DNA of 64,000 nt from Eledone cirrhosa (taxonomy: Eukaryota), in NCBI GenBank assembly GCA_964016885.1, contig OZ024755.1:36456001-36520000 (forward strand). Reading direction: 5' to 3'. The translations under genes were made by a program, and so were the position numbers. Shown here one piece after another: positions 24,138 to 36,469 of this stretch (position 1 is the stretch's first letter; each line of letters begins with the position of its first letter). The notes beneath the pieces were generated by a model that searched no databases, was not told the origin of the DNA, and saw only the letters and a program-made list of their open reading frames with translations.

Positions 24138-25990
24138 TGACGTATCGGAATGATGCCGGTGTACTTAATGTCACAAATGATCAGAAAAGGGAGGCCTGGA
24201 AATGTCATTATGAGAGACTGATGAATGTGGAGAACGAATGGGAGAGAGAGAAATTACCCTTAGTAGATCTGACAGAGGGACCAGCTATTGAGATTGATGA
24301 ATATAGGGTCCAAGAGGCGATTAAGGAAATGAAAAATGGTAAGGCTGCTGGGCCATCGGGAATAGTTGCTGAGATGCTGAAGGCATCAGGGGACGTAGGC
24401 ACTAAACTGGTTGCATGCATATCAATCAGGCTATATATGGTGGTGTCATACCCAAAGACTGGTGCAGCAGTATTCTCATAAATTGCTACAAAGGTAAAGG
24501 GGATGCTCTGGAGAGGAGCAATTATAGGGGTATAAAACTGATGGATCAGGTTATGAAAGTGGCAGAAAGGATATTAGCACAACTAATTAGAGAAAGGGTC
24601 AAACTAGATGAGATGCAGTTTGGTTTTGTGCCTGGGAAGAGTACAACAGATGCCCTCTTCTTGGTGAGACAATTGCAAGAGAGGTTCTTAGAGAAAAATA
24701 AGCCACTATACTTAGCCTTTGTTGACTTAGAGAAGGCCTTTGATAGGGTACCCCGATCTGTCATCTGGTAATCCCTAAGGAAACTAGGTGTTGAGGAATG
24801 GCTTGTTTGGACAGTGCAAACTTTGTACAGAGGTACTCTCAGTAAAGTCAGGGTAGGAATGGAGTTTAGTGAGGAATTCCAGATACAAGTAGGAGTACAT
24901 CAGGGTTCGGTCCTCAGCCCGCTCTTGTTCATTATAGTCCTCCAAGCCATAATAGAGGAGTTTAAGATTGGCTGTACATGGGAACTTCTCTATGATGACG
25001 ATCTGGTTCTTATAACAGAATCAGTAGAGGAGCTAGAGAATAAATTCTGGCTATGGAAACAGCAGTTGGAAGCAAGAGGACTGAGAGTGAACCTAGCTAA
25101 GACAAAAGTGTTGATGAGTAGAAAAGAGGACAAAACTCTGATTCCGTCAGGGAAATGGTCATGTTCGATATGCAGAAAAGGAACTGGCATAAATTCTATA
25201 AAATGCACACAATGCAGATCCTGGGTACACAAGAGATGTAGTGGGATAGCAAGCAAACTAACAGGTAGGGAGAAATATGTATGTAGTAGATGTACAGGGA
25301 AATTAGACAGTAGAAGTTGCATTGATAGACACATTTTTCAAATGCAGGAGGATGCTATAGAAGTGGTGGATAGCTTCCGGTACCTAGGAGATCAGATTAG
25401 CATGGGAGAATGGTGTTCCGAAGCCATAGTATCTAGAATAAGGACGGGTTGGAAGAAGTTTAGGGAGCTGCTTCCTCTGCTGACGAAGAAGGGTTTCTCC
25501 CTGTGTACGAAAGGCCGGTTGTATGATGCCTGTGTGAGGAGCACGATGCTGCATGGTAGTGAGACATGAGCAGCAACTGCAGAGGATATGCGACGGCTGG
25601 AGAGAAATGAGGCAAGCATGCTCCATTGGATGTGCAGTGTAAATGTGCGTGAACGACCCAGGATGAATGTGTTGAGAGAGAAACTGTGTCTGAGAGGGAT
25701 AGAATGTAGTGTACGGGAGAGGAGACTGAGGTGGTATGGACATGTGATGCGCATGGAGGATGACTGATGGGTGAAGAAGTGCCAGGAAATGCCAGTTGAA
25801 GGAAGACGTGGTAGAGGTAGACCACGAAAAACATGGGCGGAGGTGGTGAGAACAGACCTCAGATCGTTGAAGCTCACGGTGGAGATGACGAAGGACCGTG
25901 ACGAGTGGAGAGATGCTGTGCTGAATAAGACCCGTCCCACCCTTGCAAGCAGGGAAGAGCGGACGTAAAATGATGATGATGATGATGATC
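24138..25990 (+). mobile_element. RTE1 LINE, 5'-truncated (~1.85 kb): full RT domain with embedded PHD-like finger, C-terminus and tail; inactivated
   Basis: KAAGPSGI, NYRGIKL, QFGFVPGKST, FVDLEKAFDRVP, GVHQGSVLSPLLF, LYDDDL, FRYLG, GRPRKTW; frameshift near 24420; stops at 24769, 25567 and near 25765. Confidence 0.96.
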
Positions 25991-26184
25991 ATATCTAAAT
26001 GCATTATATATTTGCATATAATATCAATATGCATACCATACATGCTAGCAGAAAATCCCCCTTCGGGTGGTTTTTCTGCTTGTAGTAGTACTAGTAATAA
26101 TAATAATAATAATTGTTTCTACGTTAGGCACAAGGCCAGCAATTACCCAGTGTATTACTGGTACTTTATTTTATCGACCCCGTA

Positions 26185-26560
26185 AATAATAATAATGAAA
26201 ATTATTGTGTAGTGCTCAGGTGCACTACAACTCATCAAAGGTACATGTATAGCACATAGAATAATGTACAAATGTCAGGAAAGTGAACAGTGTATGAGTC
26301 ATGATATACATGTGTGCATGTGTATGGAAGGGGGGACATCAGGTTTAGTGTTGGAGAATTTCGGGAAGCATGGAAGTTTTCAAGGATGCAGTGTCCTGAC
26401 AGCTAACAACTGATGCAGGTAGTTTGTCCCATGCTTCAGCAACTCTGAGCGTGAAAAAATGTTTCCAAAAGTCATGGGAGCACTGCTGTTTTCTGACAAG
26501 GCATGCCCACGTGCGTTAGACACATGGAATTCAAAAAGGTGCTCAGGGTTGTCGTTGCCA
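26185..26560 (-). mobile_element. CR1-clade LINE 3' end
   Basis: Minus strand FFTLRVAEAWDKLPASVVSC (FF..RV...W..LP..VV motif), short UTR, (ATT)n tail. Confidence 0.75.
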
Positions 26561-26894
26561 AGATATAGCTTATATACTTTCTGCATTTAAAACATCTGCT
26601 GGAGAAATTCATTTGCATATAGTGCATGCTTGACTTGGGGTTAATTAGTAATAGCACTGCCAACTATTATTAATGTTCTAAGCTATTTTTCCTTTCTCTC
26701 CACTCCTAACAAATACTAAAGCTAATTACATATTTATACTGAAAAGAAGAATCCAATAAACCGATCTATGATTCCCTGCAGCTCAGGATATCCTCATCAT
26801 CATCGTTTTTATGTCGACTTTAGTCAATTTATGGCACAGAAGCCAGGATTAGCACCAGCCTGGTCATCCTCCAGACTCAATACAGACTTTGGAC

Positions 26895-27179
26895 CAGTCA
26901 TGGGCAACTTGCGGCCCGCGAAGCTTTCTGAATATCTCGCCTAAGTCACCTAAGTGAAATCTTTCTGATTTTTTTACCCCAACTGTTCAGTCGTAATTTA
27001 TCTTTCTAACATTTTTACGATCGAGGAAAACAACGTGTACGAATTCCGAAGAAACAAATCAAAACAACCAGAGTTGCCACCCTTTTTATTAATGTGGGCA
27101 CGAATGTAAATTAGCACTTGCGGCCCTGATGAGCCATATCTCATGCGGCCCACTTCTTGAAAAAGGTTGCCCATGCCTG
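26895..27179 (+). mobile_element. hAT MITE H1, intact
   Basis: TIRs CAGTCATGGGCAAC / GTTGCCCATGCCTG; TSD CTTTGGAC/CTTTAGAC. Confidence 0.9.
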
Positions 27180-27214
27180 CTTTAGACTTTCCATGCTGGC
27201 AAGGGATGCATGGG

Positions 27215-27320
27215 ACTTTTTGAGGCAATGTTATACATCCAGATCCAACTTTTTGAGGCAATGTTATACATCCAGATCCAACTTTTTGAGGCAATGTTAT
27301 ACATCCAGATCCAACTTTTT
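27215..27320. repeat. 33-bp tandem repeat, 3 copies
   Basis: ACTTTTTGAGGCAATGTTATACATCCAGATCCA. Confidence 0.92.
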
Positions 27321-27439
27321 AACTACATGAAAGGATATGGTTTAACTTTTCTACATCATAAACATAGCTTTCGATTTTCAAACCTTTTCTTCCATGCAAA
27401 TTCATGTATATCCATTATACAACAGTCCCACAATTCAAT

Positions 27440-30400
27440 CACCATGTTACTCTCTCTCTCTCCCTCCCTCAGTATACCTACCATGCTACTCCCTCTCTCT
27501 CTCCCCCTCACTCAGTTTACCTACCATGCTACTCTCTCTCTTCCCCTCCCTCACTATACCTACCATGCTACTCTCTCTCTCATCCCCTCCTTCAATATAC
27601 CTACCATGCTACTCCCTCTCTCTCTCCCCCTTCCCTCAGTTTACCTACCATGCTACTCTCTCCTCCCCCTCCTTCAGTATACCTACCATGCTACTCCCTC
27701 TCTCTCCCCCTCCCTCAGTTTACCTACCATGCTACTCTCTCTCTCTCCCCCCTCCCTCGGTTTACCTACCATGCTACTCTCTCCTCCCCCTCCCTCAGTT
27801 TACCTACCATGCTACTCTCTCCTCCCCCTCCCTGTTTACCTACCATGCTACTCTCTCTCCTCCCCCTCTCTCATTTTACCTACCATGCTACTCTCCTCCC
27901 CTCCCTCAGTTTACCTACCATGCTACTCTCTCCTCCCCCTCCTTCAGTATACCTACCATGCTACTCCCTCTCTCTCCCCCTCCCTCAGTTTACCTACCAT
28001 GCTACTCTCTCTCTCTCCCCCCTCCCTCGGTTTACCTACCATGCTACTCTCTCCTCCCCCTCCCTCAGTTTACCTACCATGCTACTCTCTCCTCCCCCTC
28101 CCTGTTTACCTACCATGCTACTCTCTCTCCTCCCCCTCTCTCATTTTACCTACCATGATACTCTCCTCCCCTCCCTCAGTTTACCTACCATGCTACTCTC
28201 TCCTCCCCCTCCTTCAGTATACCTACCATGCTACTCCCTCTCTCTCCCCCTCCCTCAGTTTACCTACCATGCTACTCTCTCTCTCTCCCCCCTCCCTCGG
28301 TTTACCTACCATGCTACTCTCTCCTCCCCTCCCTCAGTTTACCTACCATGCTACTCTCTCTCTCTCCCCCCTCCCTGTTTACCTACCATGCTACTCTCTC
28401 CTCCCCTCCCTCAGTTTACCTACCATGCTACTCTCTCTCTCTCCCCCCTCCCTCGGTTTACCTACCATGCTACTCTCTCCTCCCCTCCCTCAGTTTACCT
28501 ACCATGCTACTCTCTCTCTCTCCCCCCTCCCTGTTTACCTACCATGCTACTCTCTCCTCCCCTCCCTCAGTTTACCTACCATGCTACTCTCTCCTCCCCC
28601 TCCTTCAGTATACCTACCATGCTACTCCCTCTCTCTCCCCCTCCCTCAGTTTACCTACCATGCTACTCTCTCTCTCTCCCCCCTCCCTCGGTTTACCTAC
28701 CATGCTACTCTCTCCTCCCCCTCCCTCAGTTTACCTACCATGCTACTCTCTCCTCCCCCTCCCTGTTTACCTACCATGCTACTCTCTCTCCTCCCCCTCT
28801 CTCATTTTACCTACCATGATACTCTCCTCCCCTCCCTCAGTTTACCTACCATGCTACTCTCTCCTCCCCCTCCTTCAGTATACCTACCATGCTACTCTCT
28901 CTCTCTCCCCCCTCCCTCGGTTTACCTACCATGCTACTCTCTCCTCCCCTCCCTCAGTTTACCTACCATGCTACTCTCTCTCTCTCCCCCCTCCCTGTTT
29001 ACCTACCATGCTACTCTCTCCTCCCCTCCCTCAGTTTACCTACCATGCTACTCTCTCTCTCTCCCCCCTCCCTCGGTTTACCTACCATGCTACTCTCTCC
29101 TCCCCTCCCTCAGTTTACCTACCATGCTACTCTCTCCTCCCCCTCCTTCAGTATACCTACCATGCTACTCCCTCTCTCTCCCCCTCCCTCAGTTTACCTA
29201 CCATGCTACTCTCTCTCTCTCCCCCCTCCCTCGGTTTACCTACCATGCTACTCTCTCCTCCCCTCCCTCAGTTTACCTACCATGCTACTCTCTCTCTCTC
29301 CCCCCTCCCTGTTTACCTACCATGCTACTCTCTCCTCCCCTCCCTCAGTTTACCTACCATGCTACTCTCTCTCTCTCCCCCCTCCCTCGGTTTACCTACC
29401 ATGCTACTCTCTCCTCCCCTCCCTCAGTTTACCTACCATGCTACTCTCTCCTCCCCCTCCTTCAGTATACCTACCATGCTACTCCCTCTCTCTCCCCCTC
29501 CCTCAGTTTACCTACCATGCTACTCTCTCTCTCTCCCCCCTCCCTCGGTTTACCTACCATGCTACTCTCTCCTCCCCTCCCTCAGTTTACCTACCATGCT
29601 ACTCTCTCTCTCTCCCCCCTCCCTGTTTACCTACCATGCTACTCTCTCCTCCCCTCCCTCAGTTTACCTACCATGCTACTCTCTCTCTCTCCCCCCTCCC
29701 TCGGTTTACCTACCATGCTACTCTCTCCTCCCCTCCCTCAGTTTACCTACCATGCTACTCTCTCTCTCTCCCCCCTCCCTGTTTACCTACCATGCTACTC
29801 TCTCCTCCCCTCCCTCAGTTTACCTACCATGCTACTCTCTCCTCCCCCTCCTTCAGTATACCTACCATGCTACTCCCTCTCTCTCCCCCTCCCTCAGTTT
29901 ACCTACCATGCTACTCTCTCTCTCTCCCCCCTCCCTCGGTTTACCTACCATGCTACTCTCTCCTCCCCCTCCCTCAGTTTACCTACCATGCTACTCTCTC
30001 CTCCCCCTCCCTGTTTACCTACCATGCTACTCTCTCTCCTCCCCCTCTCTCATTTTACCTACCATGATACTCTCCTCCCCTCCCTCAGTTTACCTACCAT
30101 GCTACTCTCTCCTCCCCCTCCTTCAGTATACCTACCATGCTACTCCCTCTCTCTCCCCCTCCCTCAGTTTACCTACCATGCTACTCTCTCTCTCTCCCCC
30201 CTCCCTCGGTTTACCTACCATGCTACTCTCTCCTCCCCTCCCTCAGTTTACCTACCATGCTACTCTCTCTCTCTCCCCCCTCCCTGTTTACCTACCATGC
30301 TACTCTCTCCTCCCCTCCCTCAGTTTACCTACCATGCTACTCTCTCTCTCTCCCCCCTCCCTCGGTTTACCTACCATGCTACTCTCTCCTCCCCTCCCTC

Positions 30401-31442
30401 AGTTTACCTACCATGCTACTCTCTCTCTCTCCCCCCTCCCTGTTTACCTACCATGCTACTCTCTCCTCCCCTCCCTCAGTTTACCTACCATGCTACTCTC
30501 TCCTCCCCCTCCCTGTTTACCTACCATGCTACTCTCTCTCTCTCCCCCCTCCCTCGGTTTACCTACCATGCTACTCTCTCCTCCCCTCCCTCAGTTTACC
30601 TACCATGCTACTCTCTCTCTCTCCCCCCTCCCTGTTTACCTACCATGCTACTCTCTCCTCCCCTCCCTCAGTTTACCTACCATGCTACTCTCTCCTCCCC
30701 CTCCCTGTTTACCTACCATGCTACTCTCTCTCCTCCCCCTCTCTCATTTTACCTACCATGATACTCTCCTCCCCTCCCTCAGTTTACCTACCATGCTACT
30801 CTCTCCTCCCCCTCCTTCAGTATACCTACCATGCTACTCCCTCTCTCCTCCCCTCCCTCAGTTTACCTACCATGCTACTCTCTCTCTCTCCCCCCTCCCT
30901 GTTTACCTACCATGCTACTCTCTCCTCCCCTCCCTCAGTTTACCTACCATGCTACTCTCTCTCTCTCCCCCCTCCCTCGGTTTACCTACCATGCTACTCT
31001 CTCCTCCCCTCCCTCAGTTTACCTACCATGCTACTCTCTCTCTCTCCCCCCTCCCTGTTTACCTACCATGCTACTCTCTCCTCCCCTCCCTCAGTTTACC
31101 TACCATGCTACTCTCTCTCTCTCCCCCCTCCCTCGGTTTACCTACCATGCTACTCTCTCCTCCCCTCCCTCAGTTTACCTACCATGCTACTCTCTTCCCC
31201 TCCCTCACTATACCTACCATGCTACTCTCTCTCTCTCTCTCCTCCCCCTCCCTCAGTATACCTACCATGCTACTCTCTCTCTTCCCCTCCCTCACTATAC
31301 CTACCATGCTACTCTCTCTCTCTCTCCTCCCCCTCCCTCAGTATACCTACCATGCCACTCTCTCTCTCTTCCCCTCCTTCAGTATACCTACCATGCTACT
31401 CCCTCTCTCTCTCTCCCCCTCCCTCAGTTTACCTACCATGCT
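27440..31442. repeat. 4-kb pyrimidine-rich minisatellite (~30-40-bp units: TACCTACCATGCTACTC core plus a variable C/T tract) with higher-order structure
   Basis: Constant core; a 270-bp block recurs at 27661, 27931 and 28201. Confidence 0.96.
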
Positions 31443-31615
31443 GATCTCTGTCTCTCCCTCCCTATCTTAGTAATGAAATAATTATTAGTAAATCCCTCAA
31501 AATTCTTCATCAAATAATTAAAATAAAGTCTGTTTCATTAGAAATACAATTCCAAAAGGGTTAAAACTATTCCAGTCATAATTATCCTTTCTTTCCATCT
31601 CTGACTACATTTCTA

Positions 31616-31808
31616 TGTGAAGGAACATGTGAAGGAACATGTGAAGGAACATGTGAAGGAACATGTGAAGGAACATGTGAAGGAACATGTGAAGGAACAT
31701 GTGAAGGAACATGTGAAGGAACATGTGAAGGAACATGTGAAGGAACATGTGAAGGAACATGTGAAGGAACATGTGAAGGAACATGTGAAGGAACATGTGA
31801 AGGAACAT
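31616..31808. repeat. 12-bp tandem repeat (GTGAAGGAACAT), about 16 copies, equal to the first 12 nt of SINE E
   Basis: The last unit runs straight into the GGCTTAGTAGTTAG A box. Confidence 0.95.
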
Positions 31809-32150
31809 GGCTTAGTAGTTAGAGAGTTGGATTCGCAATCGTGAGGTTGTGAGTTCAATTCTTGACCTGGGTGATGCATTGTGTCCTTGAGCAAGACACT
31901 TTATTTCACTTTGCTCCTTCTGACAGGAATTGTAACCGGTATCAGCAATGGAAAGAGCAATGGAAACATTGTTTCCCTGGTCCAATTTGATGAAGTCCAC
32001 CCCACTTGGCAAGCGAATGAGGTCTGGGATCTCGTCGATCAATCAGAGAGAGAGAGAGTGACGACTACGTTAGCCATGGTGTATTTCTTGTCTTTTTTTT
32101 TAAGATATAAGGATATCATTTGAAGACATTTGGCTGCTATTTCTAGCAGG
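31797..32150 (+). mobile_element. SINE E
   Basis: A and B boxes, GTGTCCTTGAGCAAGACACTT, tail TTTGGCTGCTATTTCTAGCAGG. Confidence 0.87.
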
Positions 32151-32287
32151 CTGCACAATTATGTAGCAGCTCCATGAAATTCTGTTGTCAGAGATTTCGA
32201 CTGCAGCTTGTAGATCTTCTACATTGTAATAGCTGAACACATCTGTAGCATTGTCTGATTGTCTGGGGATGAACAGACTTAACTCAC

Positions 32288-32308
32288 ATGAAATGATCAT
32301 CAATTTGA
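32288..32308 (-). other. Candidate 21-nt frame-preserving microexon (QIDDHF or KLMIIS frame)
   Basis: Long polypyrimidine tract, TGC about 11 nt upstream, ctctag acceptor, gtgagt donor. Confidence 0.3.
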
Positions 32309-32755
32309 CTAGAGAAGCATGAACGGAACAAAAAAGAAAAGAAAAAACACACAATGTGACCATAACTATGATAGTTTAAACATTCTAAAGAAGTAGAAAT
32401 CAGTGATGCCAGTCTAATCTTCTTTGATGCCTTCCAAGACAAATTCAAAATGATTTACAAATGATATATAATAATTTATGAACACCATCCACATAAAAAG
32501 CAGAATAGTTAAGTTGTTAACATATTTAATGTTGGCAACATTAACTAGAAATAACTACAGTGAGGTAAATGTAATCTATATAGAAATTTCTGTGATTCTG
32601 TCACAACATGTAAAGAGAGAGGAGTAGTTTGACTACCTCATACTACTCCTTTCTCTTTAAATCTGCTGCCGGTGTGAATGTATGTGTGTGTAAAAGGAAG
32701 GAAGAAGATGGTCAAAAAACTAGTAAAATAGTGGCTGGTATTCCATTTGTTATGC

Positions 32756-33975
32756 TGTGTATGTGTGTGTGAGTGCATGTTTTTGTGTGAATGTATGTGT
32801 GTTTTTGTGTGAATGTATGTGTGTGTTTGTGTGAATGTTTGTGTGAATTTGTGTGAATGTATGTGTGTGTGTGTGAATGTATGTGTGTTTGTGTGAATGC
32901 ATGTGTGTATTTGTCTGAATGCATGTGTGTGTTTGTGTGAATGTATGTGTGTGTTTGTGTGTTTGTGTGAATGTATGTGTGTGTTTGTGTGTTTGTGTGA
33001 ATGTATGTGTGTTTGTGTGAATGTATGTGTGTTTGTGTGAATGTATGTGTGTGTTTGTGTGAATGTATGTGTGTGTTTGTGTGAATGTATGTGTGTGTTT
33101 GTGTGAATGTATGTGTGTGTTTGTGTGAATGTATGTGTGTGTTTGTGTGAATGTATGTGTGTGTTTGTGTGAATGTTTGTGTGAATGTATGTGTGATGTG
33201 TGTGAATGTATGTGTGATGTGTGTGAATGTATGTGTGTGTTTGTGTGAATGTATGTGTGTTTTTGTGTGAATGTATGTGTGTTTATGTGAATGTATGTGT
33301 GATGTGTGTGAATGCATGTGTGATGTGTGTGAATGTATGTGTGATGTGTGTGTGATGTGTGTGAATGTATGTGTGCGTGTGTGAATGTATGAATGTATGT
33401 GTTTGTGTGAATGTATGTGTATTTGTGTGAATGTATGTGTGCGTGTTTGTGTGAATGTATGTGTGATATGTGTGTGTGTGTGTGAATGTATGTGTGTGTG
33501 TGTGTGAATGTATGTGTGTGTTTGTGTGAATGTATGTGTGTGTTTGTGTGAATGTATGTGTGTGTTTGTGTGAATGTATGTGTGTGTTTGTGTGAATGTA
33601 TGTGTGTGTTTGTGTGAATGTATGTGTGTGTTTGTGTGAATGTATGTGTGTGTTTGTGTGAATGTATGTGTGTGTTTGTGTGAATGTATGTGTGTGTTTG
33701 TGTGAATGTATGTGTGTGTTTGTGTGAATGTATGTGTGTGTTTGTGTGAATGTATGTGTGTGTTTGTGTGAATGTATGTGTGTATTTGTGTGAATGTATG
33801 TGTGTGTTTGTGTGTGTGTGTGTGTGTGTATTTGTGTGAATGTATGTGTGTGTTTGTGTGAATGTATGTGTGTATTTGTGTGAATGTATGTGTGTGTTTG
33901 TGTGAATGTATGTGTGAATGTATGTGTGTGTTTGTGTGAATGTATGTGTGAATGTATGTGTGTGTGAATGTATGT
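32756..33975. repeat. GT-rich minisatellite, ~22-bp unit (TTGTGTGAATGTATGTGTGTGT)
   Basis: Read directly from the sequence. Confidence 0.95.
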
Positions 33976-34054
33976 CTGAGTGTGTATGCGTGTAAGTGTG
34001 CCTGTGTCTGCACGTTTACATTTATATACTCATACATATAAATGTACGCATATG

Positions 34055-34086
<32 letters not shown>

Positions 34087-34326
34087 TATGTGTAGCATGT
34101 TTGAAAAAAATCCTAGTGTAAGGAAACAACTAAAACTATTTCCATTGGTGGTGGGAGGAGGGGGTCAAGTATGAGACTACAACAAAATTGCTAATAATAT
34201 CAATCACTAACTCATTATCATCATTTTACATCCATTTTTTTCCGATGCTGGCATGGGTTCGACAGGTTGTTGTAGACCAAGTTAATGCTTTATCATAGAC
34301 ACTATCCTTCTATAAACTGGCTAAAC

Positions 34327-34641
34327 CAGTGCTACTCAAAGTGGTGGTCCGTGGACCGGTGCCAGAACGCGAGCCATCAGCTACGGGTACGCGGGGCCAG
34401 TGTCCAGGCCATGCTAAGGAATCATTTGAGGAATTTTTTTTTATTACTTTTTTATATGTTTTGATATTGTATTATTTGTTTACAAAATAAATAGAAGATA
34501 AAAAAAATGCTCAACTATTATTATATTCATTATATATATCGTTTCCGGTATAAATTAATATTACTACAAAATATTAGCGGTACGTGGCACATTGAAAAAG
34601 AAAATGACGGTCCGCCACATCAGATAGTTTGAGAAGCACTG
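34327..34641. mobile_element. hAT-Charlie-type MITE
   Basis: TIRs CAGTGCTACTCAAA / TTTGAGAAGCACTG; TSD not clear. Confidence 0.8.
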
Positions 34642-34944
34642 CCAAAACAAAAACATATCTGGAGTTGTCTCCCATATTTACTCTAAAAAATGAAAATGAT
34701 AAGTCATTAATTAACCCATTACCATTTACATTACTCTATATTTACTAATGTATTTTCACAGTAAAGTCTTTACCTCACATAATATTGAATCTACGAGATT
34801 TTTATATTATTTGAGAACAATATCTTAACATAAGTATGAGCAGCTGGTTATGACCGGTTTGAACAGACCTACAGTCAGTTACCACAGTCACTAAGGCACT
34901 CCTGAGTCAATTCAACCTTCCATACATTTGGTATATAATCTGTA

Positions 34945-35148
34945 ATTCTTAACATCCTGTACCACATGAAACCGCATTAGCAAGAAATTCTTGAAAGAAC
35001 AAAACAGCACTGACTGTCTCACATAAAAGATCTAAGTCTTCACTCTCATACTGCAAATTTCCACAATAATCTGTCCAATAATGAAGATACTATAAACATT
35101 TGAATTAACAAACCAGTTTCTAGATAATTTTCTGCTAAATCATTTGTT
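34945..35148. mobile_element. MITE F (TTAA-CCCTTAACATCCTG-type ends), old copy
   Basis: Similar to about 48060-48245 and 54830-55040, and in reverse to about 36160-36380 and 59868-60075. Confidence 0.6.
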
Positions 35149-35395
35149 ACGAAATGGTCTAATTCAATATCCAAAATATATTTAAATACAATATAAATGT
35201 AATTAGTTATAAGACATTGCGTTTGACAGTGAAAAATAGCCTACTATTTACATGAGTATAGCAGATTTTACAATTAAAACCACTCACTATGAAACATTAC
35301 TATTTACATTTTATGACTAACAAACTGCTGTGTTCACTAATACATTAACTGTAACAACAGCAACATCTGTTTAATCAAATAATATATCTCATATC

Positions 35396-35467
35396 TATAT
35401 ATATATATGTATATATATATATCTCAAATTAGAAATATGAGGAAATAATTGGCAAAAATAGATATAT

Positions 35468-35506
<39 letters not shown>

Positions 35507-35836
35507 TATATATATATACACACATATATACACACATACATATATAAACACACATATATAAACACACATATATATACACATATATACGCACATATACATT
35601 ACATATATACATATTCACACATATATACATAGATATACACACACACAGACATATACATAAAAATATATATATATGTATATACACACGCACACACACAACC
35701 GAGGTAAGTGTGGAAAAGAGGACATAAAAATGATACACACACAAATATACATATAAGCACATACAAATAAATAGATCATTATATATATACACACATAATT
35801 TCAACTTCATGCTCATGCACACACACACACACACAA
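35396..35836. repeat. TA/CA microsatellite field
   Basis: Read directly from the sequence. Confidence 0.85.
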
Positions 35837-36469
35837 ATGCAAGTGTGTATATGTGAAGAGATAGTTGAACAATTGAGAGCAAAATATATATGGTTTGATA
35901 AAAGCAAATATTTAGTCAGTGAGCTAGAAAACCAAAATCTTCCACTAACATGGACTGATACTAAAAGAGCAAACATAATGATGGCAGCTAGTGACCAAAC
36001 ATTTGTTTATAGCTATATTTGAGACACATTGTCTAAAGCCCATCCATATATTATGAGAATGCAGCTTTCCTGTTTTGTCACTAACCAAATTCTCATAAAA
36101 TTCTTTCGAATTTCATCATTTTTATCTTTTTTCTGGCCAGGCATTGAGAAAAGCAATTAACTTAACATCCTGTAATGATTTAGCAGGAAATATCTGAAAA
36201 CAGGCTTGTTAATTCAAATGTTTAGTTATATTTATAGTTTCTTTACTAGTGGACAGATTGTTGTGAAAATGTGCAGCATCGAGTTAAGAGTTCAGTTTTT
36301 ATTGTGATGCTACCAGGGTGCTTTTTTTGTACTTTTTAAGAATATCTTGCTAATACAGTTTCATCCGGTACATTACATTAAGAGCCAACTCTTATCCTAC
36401 AATGATTTAGTCTTAGTCTTAGGTTCTTCCGTGTCATTCAGCGCATTGAGCAGTCACTAGTCGCCAGTG

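Noticed and set aside
24138-25990. Active LINE or domesticated reverse transcriptase
   Set aside because: No endonuclease domain; a frameshift and several stops; altered YADD motif
27440-31442. CRISPR-like pattern (constant core with variable spacers)
   Set aside because: Spacers are short, low-complexity and recurrent; no cas genes; eukaryotic context
27210-31481. 1183-aa and 1080-aa Pro/Ser/Leu-rich ORFs
   Set aside because: All three + frames are mostly open because the C/T-rich repeat lacks stop codons; unit lengths are not multiples of 3
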